Positions 30,022-38,533 of a stretch of DNA of 64,000 nucleotides are shown piece by piece. The stretch comes from a candidate division WOR-3 bacterium. GTDB taxonomy: Bacteria > Hydrothermota > Tepidihabitantia > Tepidihabitantales > Tepidihabitantaceae. Under the pieces are notes generated by a model that did not search any database, was not told the origin of the DNA, and saw only the letters and a program-made list of their open reading frames with translations. Position 1 is the stretch's first letter. Each line of letters opens with the position of its first letter. The stretch covers positions 96,001 to 160,000 of the forward strand of contig CBFGKH010000003.1 of NCBI GenBank assembly GCA_965649295.1, given 5' to 3'. A program made the translations under genes and the position numbers.

Positions 30022-30479
30022 TCGAACGGCTCCTTGACCATTCGCCGATTTGGGCCGAGCTGTCGAACGCGCTCGGTCACCTCCCGCACGACCGTGGCGA
30101 AGCGCTCGCCCTCGGCCGCCGAAACCCAAGAGAAACTCACCCGGCTTGGTTCAATACCGACAAACTCAAGCAAGTCGTGCAGCACTGCGAACCGCCGCCG
30201 CGCAACATAATTCCCGGTCAGGTAATGACAGTCACCCGGATGGCAGCCTGAGACCAGCACACCGTCTGCACCATTCTGGAGTGCCTTGAGGATGTAGAAC
30301 GGGTCAACGCGGCCCGAACAGGGAACACGGATGACCCGAATGCTGGCAGGGTACTGAATACGCGAGATGCCAGCTAGGTCAGCGCCAGCGTACGAACACC
30401 AGTTGCAAAGAAAAGCAACTATCTTCGGCTCGAAACCGGTCGTGCTGGGAGCTACTGGCTGAGGCTCGCTGGTGTTCAT
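30018..30479 (-). CDS. MvhD/FlxD hydrogenase iron-sulfur subunit
   Basis: FLCNWCSYAGAD, RVPCSGRV, GADGV...GCHPGDCHY..GN, WVSAAEG; all Cys codons, no UGA. Confidence 0.95.
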   Translation of the reverse strand: MNTSEPQPVAPSTTGFEPKIVAFLCNWCSYAGADLAGISRIQYPASIRVIRVPCSGRVDPFYILKALQNGADGVLVSGCHPGDCHYLTGNYVARRRFAVLHDLLEFVGIEPSRVSFSWVSAAEGERFATVVREVTERVRQLGPNRRMVKEPFE

Positions 30480-30498
30480 TATAGAACTAAGGAACGGG

Positions 30499-30527
30499 AT
30501 TATAGCGGCCAGGACTGCTGCTGTCTA
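30499..30527 (-). promoter_or_regulatory. Sigma70-like promoter of the flx-like operon
   Basis: Minus strand TAGACA-N17-TATAAT. Confidence 0.65.
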
Positions 30528-30545
30528 TCTTTCCGAACCGAACTG

Positions 30546-31298
30546 CTAGCGGACGATAACAGCCTTGGTTTTGCCGCCGTCCGGCCGAACCAGGAAATAA
30601 ACTCCAGTGCCGGCAGCCGCAGTCCGACGGCCGACGACGTCAAACAAGACAGAAGACGACAGATCCTGTCCGAAGCTTGCTTTTGCCCCGCGCTGCACCG
30701 TTAGGGTACGCTCCTCAGCAATACCGACCATGGTATAGAATATCCGCAACCGCGGCATATAGTTGCGGGGAGTGCCGGTCGGTGCGGTCGCGGTAGTTGC
30801 GTGTACTGCTCGGTTGCCGACCGTGTTGTAGCCATAGACATAGACCGAGTTGTTGTCATCACCCTGCCAACGGTATTCGATGATAAGATTCTCGATCCCG
30901 TTGTAGCTGAACGGATAGTCGAAAGCAAACCCGGCCCAGACATCAATCTGCCAGTCGATTCTCATCGTATCCGGTGGCACGGCGACTGCCGGCTCGCGAC
31001 CGGTGTAGTTGTCGGCAAATGTCGCTCCCAGCTCGGTAGCAGTGGTGTGACCAAGCCAGATACCTGAGTTGTAGAAGATGCCGTGATCGTAAACATCCGA
31101 GCCGCAGAGGAGCTGAATCGAGTCAATCCGGCAAGGGCCAGGCAGCTCGGTGGCAAGTACCAGAACCTGGTACCGTGTTCCGTTGTATCAGCCGCCGCAA
31201 TAGGGTACGTTGAGCAGCAGCGTGCCACCCGCCCCAAGCTCAACGAACTCAGCTGCAGCCGGCACGACGAGTAGTAGCAGAACCAGTGCGGTACGCAT
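30546..31298 (-). CDS. Putative secreted selenoprotein (250 aa; CxxU, U37) with T9SS-like C-terminal tail
   Basis: ATG 31298, signal peptide MRTALVLLLLVVPAAA, then ...VPYCGG-TGA(31190-31188)-YNGTRYQ..., open and in frame with track ORF 30546..30980; SECIS-like hairpin follows the TGA. Confidence 0.75.
31157..31173 (-). promoter_or_regulatory. Candidate bacterial SECIS element
   Basis: mRNA GUACCAG-GUU-CUGGUAC, a perfect 7-bp stem starting 14 nt after the UGA, with GU at the start of the loop. Confidence 0.7.
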
Positions 31299-31303
31299 AG
31301 TTC

Positions 31304-31373
31304 AGATTACTCCGCCGTCCGCGGTGGTCAAGATTGGTCGCAGTTTGACACCTACTCAGGCGTTCCCTATCAT
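31304..31373. promoter_or_regulatory. Back-to-back divergent sigma70-like promoters, both apparently leaderless
   Basis: Minus: TTGACC-N16-TAATCT, 5 nt before ATG 31298. Plus: TTGACA-N17-TATCAT, 5 nt before GTG 31379. Confidence 0.65.
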
Positions 31374-31378
31374 TCGGC

Positions 31379-32095
31379 GTGCCGCGCGGTCTTGTGATAA
31401 TGCCCACCTACAACGAAGCGGACAACGTCGAGCGCATCATCCCGGTCGTGCTCGCGCAGTCGCCCGAACTCGACGTGCTGGTCATTGACGACAATTCGCC
31501 GGATGGAACCGGTGAAATCGTTGAACGTATGGCCCGGTCCGAACCGCGCATCCATCTGCTGCGCCGGCCTGGCAAGCTGGGACTCGGCACCGCCTATGTC
31601 CTCGGATTCCGCTACACCATCGAGCACAACTACGACTACTGCTTCGAGATGGACTCCGACTTTTCCCATCCACCTGAGAAAATACCGGAGATGATTGCCC
31701 TGCTCAAAGACTACGACCTCGTCATCGGCTCTCGCTACTCCGACGGTATCTCGGTCGTCAACTGGCCGATGAAACGCCTGCTGCTTTCGTATTTCGCCTG
31801 CACCTATGCCCGAATTGTTACCGGTTGCCCGGTGCGCGACCTGACCGCTGGCTTCAAAGCCTACCGGACCGACATGCTGCGGAAGCTGAACCTCGACTCA
31901 CTCAAGGAAGATGGCTACGGCTTCCAGATTGAGATTGTCTTCCTCATCTGGCGCAAAGGTGGCCGCATCAAGGAAACTCCAATTGTCTTCACCGAACGCC
32001 GGGCTGGTGTTTCAAAGATGTCGAAGCGGATTATCCGGCGAGCGTTCTTCTTGGTACTGCGGCTACGACTGCAGCGCATCTTTAGCCACAGCTAG
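31379..32095 (+). CDS. Polyprenol monophosphomannose synthase (DPM1-like GT2)
   Basis: PTYNE, DDNSPDGT, GKLGLGTAY, EMDSDFSH, GSRY, DLTAGF, GYGFQIE, SKM. Confidence 0.92.
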   Translation: MPRGLVIMPTYNEADNVERIIPVVLAQSPELDVLVIDDNSPDGTGEIVERMARSEPRIHLLRRPGKLGLGTAYVLGFRYTIEHNYDYCFEMDSDFSHPPEKIPEMIALLKDYDLVIGSRYSDGISVVNWPMKRLLLSYFACTYARIVTGCPVRDLTAGFKAYRTDMLRKLNLDSLKEDGYGFQIEIVFLIWRKGGRIKETPIVFTERRAGVSKMSKRIIRRAFFLVLRLRLQRIFSHS

Positions 32096-32141
32096 TCCCC
32101 ACTTTGTTGACAACCAACAGTCGGCGGCTACTCTCGGTCAG

Positions 32142-33731
32142 ATGCTGATTCGCGCTGTCAACCTTACCAAGTCCTACGGCACTAAGACGGTGCTGAATTC
32201 GGTGAGTCTCGCCATCCATCCCGGCGACAAAATCGGACTGGTTGGTCCCAACGGTTCAGGCAAGACAACGCTTCTGCGAATTCTCGTCCGCGAGCTGGAG
32301 CCCGATGACGGCGAGCTACTTTTCTCCGGTGAACCCGAGATTGGCTACGTCCGCCAGACCATAACAACCGCAGAAGACGTTACGGTCCGGTCCGCCCTGC
32401 TGGGGCCGATTGAGGGACTGGAAGAACACCTTGAGGAAGTCCGCGAGGAAATTGCCGAGGACCCCGAAGACGATGCGGCAATCGCCAAACTTGAGCTGCT
32501 CGAAGAAGAGTTGACGAACCGCTTTGGCGCTGACTACCGCCACCGGGTTGAGAGGATTCTTGGTCAGCTCGGATTCGGCCGTGACCGACTCGACATCGCC
32601 GTGCGCCAACTCTCGTCCGGCGAACGTGCCCGACTCGAATTAGCGCGCGTTCTGGTTACCAAACCTGATCTGCTCGTTCTCGACGAGCCGACAAACTTCC
32701 TTGACATCTCCCAGCGCGAGTGGCTTGAGACTTTTGTCGAGGAGTTTCCGGGCGCGGTACTGGTAGTCTCAAACGACCGTTTCTTTCTGAACAACACTGT
32801 CACCCGCATCCTCGAACTGCGAGGCGGCCGAGTCCGCGAATACGATGGCAGCTACGATGACTATGAAGCAGCACGCCAAGCCGAACAAGAGAAGCTTGCC
32901 CGTGGCCACGCCGAGCCGACAAAAACGATTCACCGTTCCCGAACCGCAACCGCAGGGCGCAAGAAGACCAACACCGGTCAGGCTAACCTCGGAAGCCAGC
33001 ACGCCGACAAGCCCAGCATCGAGAAAAAGCCGCAGTCAGGCCTATCCGGCCCCAAGCTGCCTCACAAACGTGCGCTGTTGGTCAAAGGAGTAACCAAATC
33101 ATTCGGTAAGCGCCGGGTACTCGACGGAATAAGTTTCGAAATGAACACACACGAGCGGGTTGCCCTTATCGGGCCGGCTGGCTCAGGCAAGACCGTGCTA
33201 CTACGGACAGTTGTCGGCGAACTCAACCCTGATAAAGGTGAGACCAGAATCGGCTCCGGCCTGCGGATTGGCTACTTCCCTCAAGACCTTGGCACACTCG
33301 ACCTAAATAACACCGCGGTCGACGAAGTCCGCAAATCAGGATGTGACGACGAGACGGCACGCACCCTCCTCAACACACTGCTGCTAAACGAAGAACTGGC
33401 AGCAAAGCGGCTTCGACAGCTCTCAGCCGCTGAGCAATCCAAGGCACTGCTCGCCCGGATTCTCGCCAGCAACGCTGACCTGCTTATTCTTGACGAGCCG
33501 ACGAACCACCTCGACATTGAGGCACTGGTGGCATTCGAGCAGTTGCTGGCCGAGTTCCCGGGAGCGATTCTCATCACCACCCATGACCGGGCCATGCTCG
33601 ACAGGCTAGCGACGCGGATTGTTGAACTTAAGGACGGCAGGCTGACCGACTTCCGTGGCCGCTACGATCAATACCGCACGAAGCAGCAGACACCAACCAG
33701 GCCAAAGGCCCCTGCTCGCGACAGAATCTAG
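32142..33731 (+). CDS. ABC-F family ATP-binding protein
   Basis: Two NBDs (GPNGSGKT/LSSGE/LDEPTN; GPAGSGKT/LSAAE/LDEPTNHLD), no TM segments. Start moved to ATG 32142, behind TTGACA-N16-TACTCT. Confidence 0.92.
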   Translation: MLIRAVNLTKSYGTKTVLNSVSLAIHPGDKIGLVGPNGSGKTTLLRILVRELEPDDGELLFSGEPEIGYVRQTITTAEDVTVRSALLGPIEGLEEHLEEVREEIAEDPEDDAAIAKLELLEEELTNRFGADYRHRVERILGQLGFGRDRLDIAVRQLSSGERARLELARVLVTKPDLLVLDEPTNFLDISQREWLETFVEEFPGAVLVVSNDRFFLNNTVTRILELRGGRVREYDGSYDDYEAARQAEQEKLARGHAEPTKTIHRSRTATAGRKKTNTGQANLGSQHADKPSIEKKPQSGLSGPKLPHKRALLVKGVTKSFGKRRVLDGISFEMNTHERVALIGPAGSGKTVLLRTVVGELNPDKGETRIGSGLRIGYFPQDLGTLDLNNTAVDEVRKSGCDDETARTLLNTLLLNEELAAKRLRQLSAAEQSKALLARILASNADLLILDEPTNHLDIEALVAFEQLLAEFPGAILITTHDRAMLDRLATRIVELKDGRLTDFRGRYDQYRTKQQTPTRPKAPARDRI

Positions 33732-33790
33732 TTCGACACCGCAAGCAGAACTACTGCCAAGCCCAGACCACTGATCTCCTTTCTAGTATC

Positions 33791-33977
33791 GCGAGCTCAG
33801 CGAGCAGCCAACTCCCCGTCCTTATCTTAAGGTAGGTGGCAGGCAATCAGCCTGCCACATAAGTTGCCAAGAAGGGGAGTTGCTCTGCGAGCTCGCGAGC
33901 AGTCAACTCCCCAACCTCATCTCAAGACAGGTGGCAGGCAATAGGCCTGCCACATCAGATGCCGAGGAGGGGAGTTG
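33791..33977. repeat. Tandem duplication (about 95-bp period) containing the tRNA-Leu 3' end and a hairpin
   Basis: 33791-33882 and 33887-33977 align along their length; each has CAACTCCCC...GTGGCAGGC-N5-GCCTGCCAC...GGGGAGTTG. Confidence 0.9.
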
Positions 33978-34043
33978 AACCCCTATGGGCGTGAGCCCAC
34001 TAAGTCCTGAGCCTAGCGCGTCTGCCATTTCCGCCACCTCGGC
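33960..34043 (-). tRNA. tRNA-Leu (anticodon CAG)
   Basis: GCCGAGG acceptor stem, TGGCGGAAATGGCAGACGC D-arm, CTAGG-CTCAGGA-CTTAG anticodon arm, long variable arm, GGGGTTCAACTCCCC T-arm; CCA not encoded. Confidence 0.96.
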
Positions 34044-34723
34044 AGCAAGGTCCAATTGTCGGCACCTAGCATAGCCGACACCGTTATCAAGTCAAGGTAG
34101 CCTTGGGTCGTTGTCGAGGCAACTGGGCTGCCTGAGGATAGCAATCTGGCCTGCGCCGCATAACAACTGCAGACAACCAGCCATCTGCACCTCTTTTGGG
34201 GTGCAAGGCCAGGTCTGGCCGATAGCCAATAACTCTAGCTCCTACAATTTGATAGCTGTCTTCGCGTTACAACCCCTCCCCCGTCCCCGGGGTTACCTCG
34301 CCCCCTGTTCCCAAAGCCACTGGCCGCTACCTGGGCCAAGGGCCTTGCCAACGAATTGCCGACTGGGTCTGAAGGAGGGTACCTCGTTCGGCTCGCGACT
34401 GAACCAGCAATCAGGTTCCCGGACCAACCCTAGTAGCTATCTTGGAACAGGCCTTCCGTCACGCTGCCGACAGGCCTTACAATGTCCTTTGGGCGGAACT
34501 CTGCAAACTGCATTTCCCCCATGTCACCTAAAATCATTATCGGTCGGCTACTCGGACTGCATTCTTCTTGACTCGCCGTAGTCGGTAACTACAACATGCA
34601 GCGGGCACGGCTTGACTTGAACCCAGCCCGTTCTACGATGTTAGCAGCTAACTAACCAGTAACTGTGTTCGCCTACCACTACATTAACAATCTGCGGTCA
34701 ATGAACCGCAACAGGAGGTTTGT

Positions 34724-37700
34724 GTGAAGAAAATTGCTGTGCTATTGGCGGTGTTCGTGCTTGGCCTGGCTGGCGCCCGCGAATGGGTACCGCTCGCTGC
34801 CGGAGCACCGGAACGCACACCCGAGTTCCGTGTCATTTCTTCAAACCTGCAGCGCACAATTGTCGAACTCGAGCTGTCCGGATTCTATGTCGAACCAACA
34901 ACGATAGATGGACAAGTATTTCAGCGGCTTGAGCTAGGAATGACCGGTGGCGCTAGCCTGCGTGAGGTCGGCTCACCAGAACTACCGGCAGTGGCCCGAC
35001 TTATCCAGATTCCCGACGATAAGGAAGTTCACGTAAGAGTACTGGAAACAGAGGCCGTAAGCCTTTGGGGTTACGCTGTCTATCCTGCCCAGCCGCCGCT
35101 TCCCGAAAACGTCTCGTCGCTGCCATTCACGATTGACGCTAAGCGCTATTCCACGAACGAGCTCTATCCAACCGCCAGCTTCCGCGTGACCGAACCGATG
35201 ATTATGCGCGACGTGCGAGTCGTCCAGCTCGTGCTCCAGCCTGTTCAGACCAACCCGGTAACCGGCGAGCTAAAGGTAGCTCGCCGCTTGCGAGTTGAGC
35301 TGAGCTACAGCGGCCGTTCGAGCATCAACGTCCTCAACCGCACCAGAGTTGCCCACTCCCGGACGTTCGTGCCACTGTACAAACATTTTATCCCCAACTA
35401 TGATGGTCCGCCGGTCCGACCCGAGGACGGCTCCTACCTGATTATCGTCAACGATGCATTCGTCAGCGCAGTCCAGCCGTTTGCCGACTGGAAACGGCAG
35501 AAAGGCTGGCGCACTAAAGTCGTCACAATATCAGAAATCGGCGGCAACGACACCGCCCGCATCTGGGCCTACATCAACAATGCCTACCGGACTTGGCCCT
35601 ATCCGCCCGACCACGTGCTGCTCGTCGGCGATGCGCCCGAATACATCCGCTGCAACCGCTGGCCCGGCCACACTGACGCTTCCGACCTCTACTACTCACT
35701 CCATGCCGGTTCCGACATTCTTGCTGACCTGATGATTGCCCGTGTCAACGCTCGGACCCTGACTGAAGCCCAAACAATGCTGAACAAGCTGTACCGCTAT
35801 GAAAAGGAACCCTACCTCGGTAACACCCAGTGGTTCAACAAGGTCTGCGCTCTGGCCGCCTACGAATCGTCACAGCCCAACCGATTCTGGACAGTTGTCA
35901 TCCGCATCCGCAACTACGTTCTCGGCCGGCCTTTCGCTCAGTTCGATACTCTGTTCGAACGCTGGGGTCTGAACACTGCCCAACGGCTGACCGATTCACT
36001 CAATCAGGGTCGGTCCTGGATGTTGTATCGTGGCCACGGCGAGGAACAGGGTTGGGCCAACGTCAATCCATCCTGGTACAATGCCAATGTTGCCGCTCTG
36101 AACAACGCTGGGATGCCACCGGTGGTGATCGGACCAACCTGCCTATCCGGTGACTTTGACTATCCATCTGGCGACTGCCACGCTGAGGCTTGGCTCAAGG
36201 CCGGCACTCCCGAAATCAGCAAGGGTGGCTGCGGTTACTTCGGTTCATCCGAGGTCAGCTACTCCGGCTACAACGACTCGCTTGCTGCCGGCTCTTTCTT
36301 AGGCTATGTTGACAGCCTCCACTACGGCTTTGCTCAGAGCACCCAGTTCGGCAAGCTATTCATGCTTCGGGCCTACCCGCTCCCCGACCAGATTACCGAA
36401 GAGGAAATCTACATGTTCAACAACTTCGGCGACCCGGAACTGAACATGTGGTCCGCCACTCCGCGCACACTTTCGGTCAACTATCCGCCAACCGTGCTTA
36501 TCGGCTCGTTCCCATTCAGCGTCAGTGTCAACGCCAATGACGCACCGGTTGCCGGCGCGCTCGTCTGCGTGATGTCGCGGCAAGATACAACCATCTACCA
36601 TGTCGGCCACACTGATGCGTCCGGTCAGGTCAACTTCACAATCAACGCCACCCTGCCTGGTGACTCGCTGCTCGTTACCGTCACCGGCCGGAACCTTCTG
36701 CCGCATCTTGGGTCGGCACTGACGATTGCACCCAACTCGGCCTACGTCACCTACCTGCGCCATATCATCGACGACAGTGCTGGCAACAATGACGGCATCG
36801 TCAATCCCGGCGAAACCATCGAACTACCGGTATGGCTGAAGAACTGGGGCAGTCTCGCGGCCAGCAACGTGAGCGCAACGCTACGGTCGGCCGACCCCAA
36901 CGTCACGATAACCGACTCGATTAAGAACGTCGGGACAATCGCGCCTGGCGATTCGGCCTACACCGGCACCGACGGCTTCACCTTCACGCCGGCCCTGGCC
37001 TGCACAAATGGTTATGCCTTGCGGTTCACGCTTGAGGCTCGCGACGCGAACGACTCGATCTGGACGTCAACCATCACCATCTGGGTTGGTACGCCGATTG
37101 TATCATACGTCGGCAATGTCGTTGACGACCCGCCGCCGGGCGGCAATGGCAATGGCAAAATCGACCCGGGTGAGACTGCCAATCTGATTGTCACGCTCCG
37201 CAACTCTGGGCTTGGTCACGCCTACAATGTCAGCGCCGTGCTTCGCTCCGGCGATGCCCGGTTCGTTATCCAGGATTCGGTTGGAACACTGGGCACGATT
37301 CTGCGCGATTCAACTGGCACCAATGCCAGTCAACCATTTAGAGTCTTTGCCTCAGCCGCCATCCCCCGCGAAGTCACTATTCCCTGCACTCTGCTGGTAC
37401 GCGCCGATGGTGGTTACGAGCGGCGTCTGGCTTTCGGCATCATGATTGGCCAGATTCGTCAGGTTGACCCGATACCCGACTCCGGCGGAACAACCCAGCT
37501 CTACTGGGCCTACGATAACGCCGACTCATTCTATGTCCAGGCTCCGCGCTACTCTTGGTTCGATATCACCGGCCTTGGCACCCGACTGACACTGTCCGAC
37601 GACCAGACCGTACCAGTAAGCCTGCCGCCGGCATTTGGTCCGTTCCGGTTCTACAACCAGAACTACACCACTGTCTCGGTTTGCAGCAATGGTTGGCTTG

Positions 37701-38437
37701 GACTCGGGTCAACAACCACCTCAACCTACACCAACACCCGCCTGCCCAATACTTCCCTGCCCCCTGCTTTCTTCGGCTACTGGGATGACCTCTATCCCCC
37801 AACCGGCAACGGTGTCTGGTGGTACCACGATGCCGCTAATCACCGCTTCATCGTCCAATTTGACTCCGTGCCGCTCTACCGTGCTCGAACTAGCTTCCAG
37901 AAGTTTCAGATAATCCTCTACGACACAACTTTGGCAGCAGCCGATGGCAATTGCCAGGCAGTGATTCAGTATGCGATGGTAAACGACCCCAGCTCCTGCA
38001 CTGTCGGCGAACAGGACCACACCCGGACCGTCGCCATCCAGTGCCTGTTCGACGGCTCCTACCACCGCGGCGCAATGCCGCTTGCTGCCGGTCTTGCCAC
38101 CAAGTACTCAACCGATGCACCCTCAACCGGTGTGGCCGAGCCAGCTATCGGCCTAGCGCGAACCGTGCCACGAATGAGCATCCTGCCCAATCCGGTGCGC
38201 CAACGGACATTCGTGCATTTCAGCTTGCCCGCAACCGGACTGGTGCGGATAGCGGTGTATGACCGCTCTGGTCGTCAGCTCCACAAGCTGCTCGACGCCG
38301 AGGTCGAAGCCGGCGACCACCAAGTCGGCTGGGACGGCTGTGACAGCCAAGGAAGAAGACTCGCCCAGGGCGTCTATTTCGTTCGGCTCGAGACCAAGAC
38401 CTGTCAGCACTCGGTGAAGACGCTGCTCCTGCAGTAA
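34724..38437 (+). CDS. Gingipain-like C25 cysteine peptidase with propeptide, Ig-like repeats and T9SS/FlgD-type C-terminal domain
   Basis: RBS AGGAGG, signal peptide, G.PELP propeptide, WKRQKG, LLVGD, SDLYY, catalytic YRGHG and PTC, FGDPEL, C-terminal PNP...YDRSGR...WDG...GVYF. Confidence 0.93.
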   Translation: MKKIAVLLAVFVLGLAGAREWVPLAAGAPERTPEFRVISSNLQRTIVELELSGFYVEPTTIDGQVFQRLELGMTGGASLREVGSPELPAVARLIQIPDDKEVHVRVLETEAVSLWGYAVYPAQPPLPENVSSLPFTIDAKRYSTNELYPTASFRVTEPMIMRDVRVVQLVLQPVQTNPVTGELKVARRLRVELSYSGRSSINVLNRTRVAHSRTFVPLYKHFIPNYDGPPVRPEDGSYLIIVNDAFVSAVQPFADWKRQKGWRTKVVTISEIGGNDTARIWAYINNAYRTWPYPPDHVLLVGDAPEYIRCNRWPGHTDASDLYYSLHAGSDILADLMIARVNARTLTEAQTMLNKLYRYEKEPYLGNTQWFNKVCALAAYESSQPNRFWTVVIRIRNYVLGRPFAQFDTLFERWGLNTAQRLTDSLNQGRSWMLYRGHGEEQGWANVNPSWYNANVAALNNAGMPPVVIGPTCLSGDFDYPSGDCHAEAWLKAGTPEISKGGCGYFGSSEVSYSGYNDSLAAGSFLGYVDSLHYGFAQSTQFGKLFMLRAYPLPDQITEEEIYMFNNFGDPELNMWSATPRTLSVNYPPTVLIGSFPFSVSVNANDAPVAGALVCVMSRQDTTIYHVGHTDASGQVNFTINATLPGDSLLVTVTGRNLLPHLGSALTIAPNSAYVTYLRHIIDDSAGNNDGIVNPGETIELPVWLKNWGSLAASNVSATLRSADPNVTITDSIKNVGTIAPGDSAYTGTDGFTFTPALACTNGYALRFTLEARDANDSIWTSTITIWVGTPIVSYVGNVVDDPPPGGNGNGKIDPGETANLIVTLRNSGLGHAYNVSAVLRSGDARFVIQDSVGTLGTILRDSTGTNASQPFRVFASAAIPREVTIPCTLLVRADGGYERRLAFGIMIGQIRQVDPIPDSGGTTQLYWAYDNADSFYVQAPRYSWFDITGLGTRLTLSDDQTVPVSLPPAFGPFRFYNQNYTTVSVCSNGWLGLGSTTTSTYTNTRLPNTSLPPAFFGYWDDLYPPTGNGVWWYHDAANHRFIVQFDSVPLYRARTSFQKFQIILYDTTLAAADGNCQAVIQYAMVNDPSSCTVGEQDHTRTVAIQCLFDGSYHRGAMPLAAGLATKYSTDAPSTGVAEPAIGLARTVPRMSILPNPVRQRTFVHFSLPATGLVRIAVYDRSGRQLHKLLDAEVEAGDHQVGWDGCDSQGRRLAQGVYFVRLETKTCQHSVKTLLLQ

Positions 38438-38460
38438 CTGGTCTGACCGATTCTCTCTCG

Positions 38461-38484
38461 CCGGGCGGGCTTCGGCCCGCCCGG
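38461..38484 (+). terminator. GC-rich hairpin / probable intrinsic terminator
   Basis: CCGGGCGGGC-TTCG-GCCCGCCCGG after the C25 gene; weak U-tract. Confidence 0.7.
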
Positions 38485-38533
38485 TACTATTCAATCGGTT
38501 GACAGACCGAAGGCGCCTGCCGATACTCCTGCC

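Noticed and set aside
30018..30479. Selenocysteine in MvhD/FlxD
   Set aside because: MvhD homologs can be selenoproteins, but this frame is open with Cys codons throughout.
31188..31190. Genome-wide UGA reassignment (code 4/25) as the explanation of the in-frame TGA
   Set aside because: TGA terminates conserved genes at the expected position (uvrB, nfnB, the MvhD-like gene), and I noticed no other gene interrupted by TGA.
31911..32141. N-terminal extensions in the ORF track (ABC-F from 31911, TamB from 20806, FlxC-like from 30129, PorV from 47080, OFOR beta from 9886)
   Set aside because: They overlap upstream genes; downstream starts match promoters, SDs or stop/start overlaps and family N-termini.
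33791..34043. Integrated prophage or genomic island at tRNA-Leu
   Set aside because: The duplicated 3' end is only about 95 bp away, there is no integrase, and flanking genes are housekeeping.
34111..34581. 156-aa ORF in the spacer upstream of tRNA-Leu (also 54511..54897 and 38999..39241)
   Set aside because: No SD or adjacent promoter, atypical composition and no family motifs; treated as non-coding spacer.
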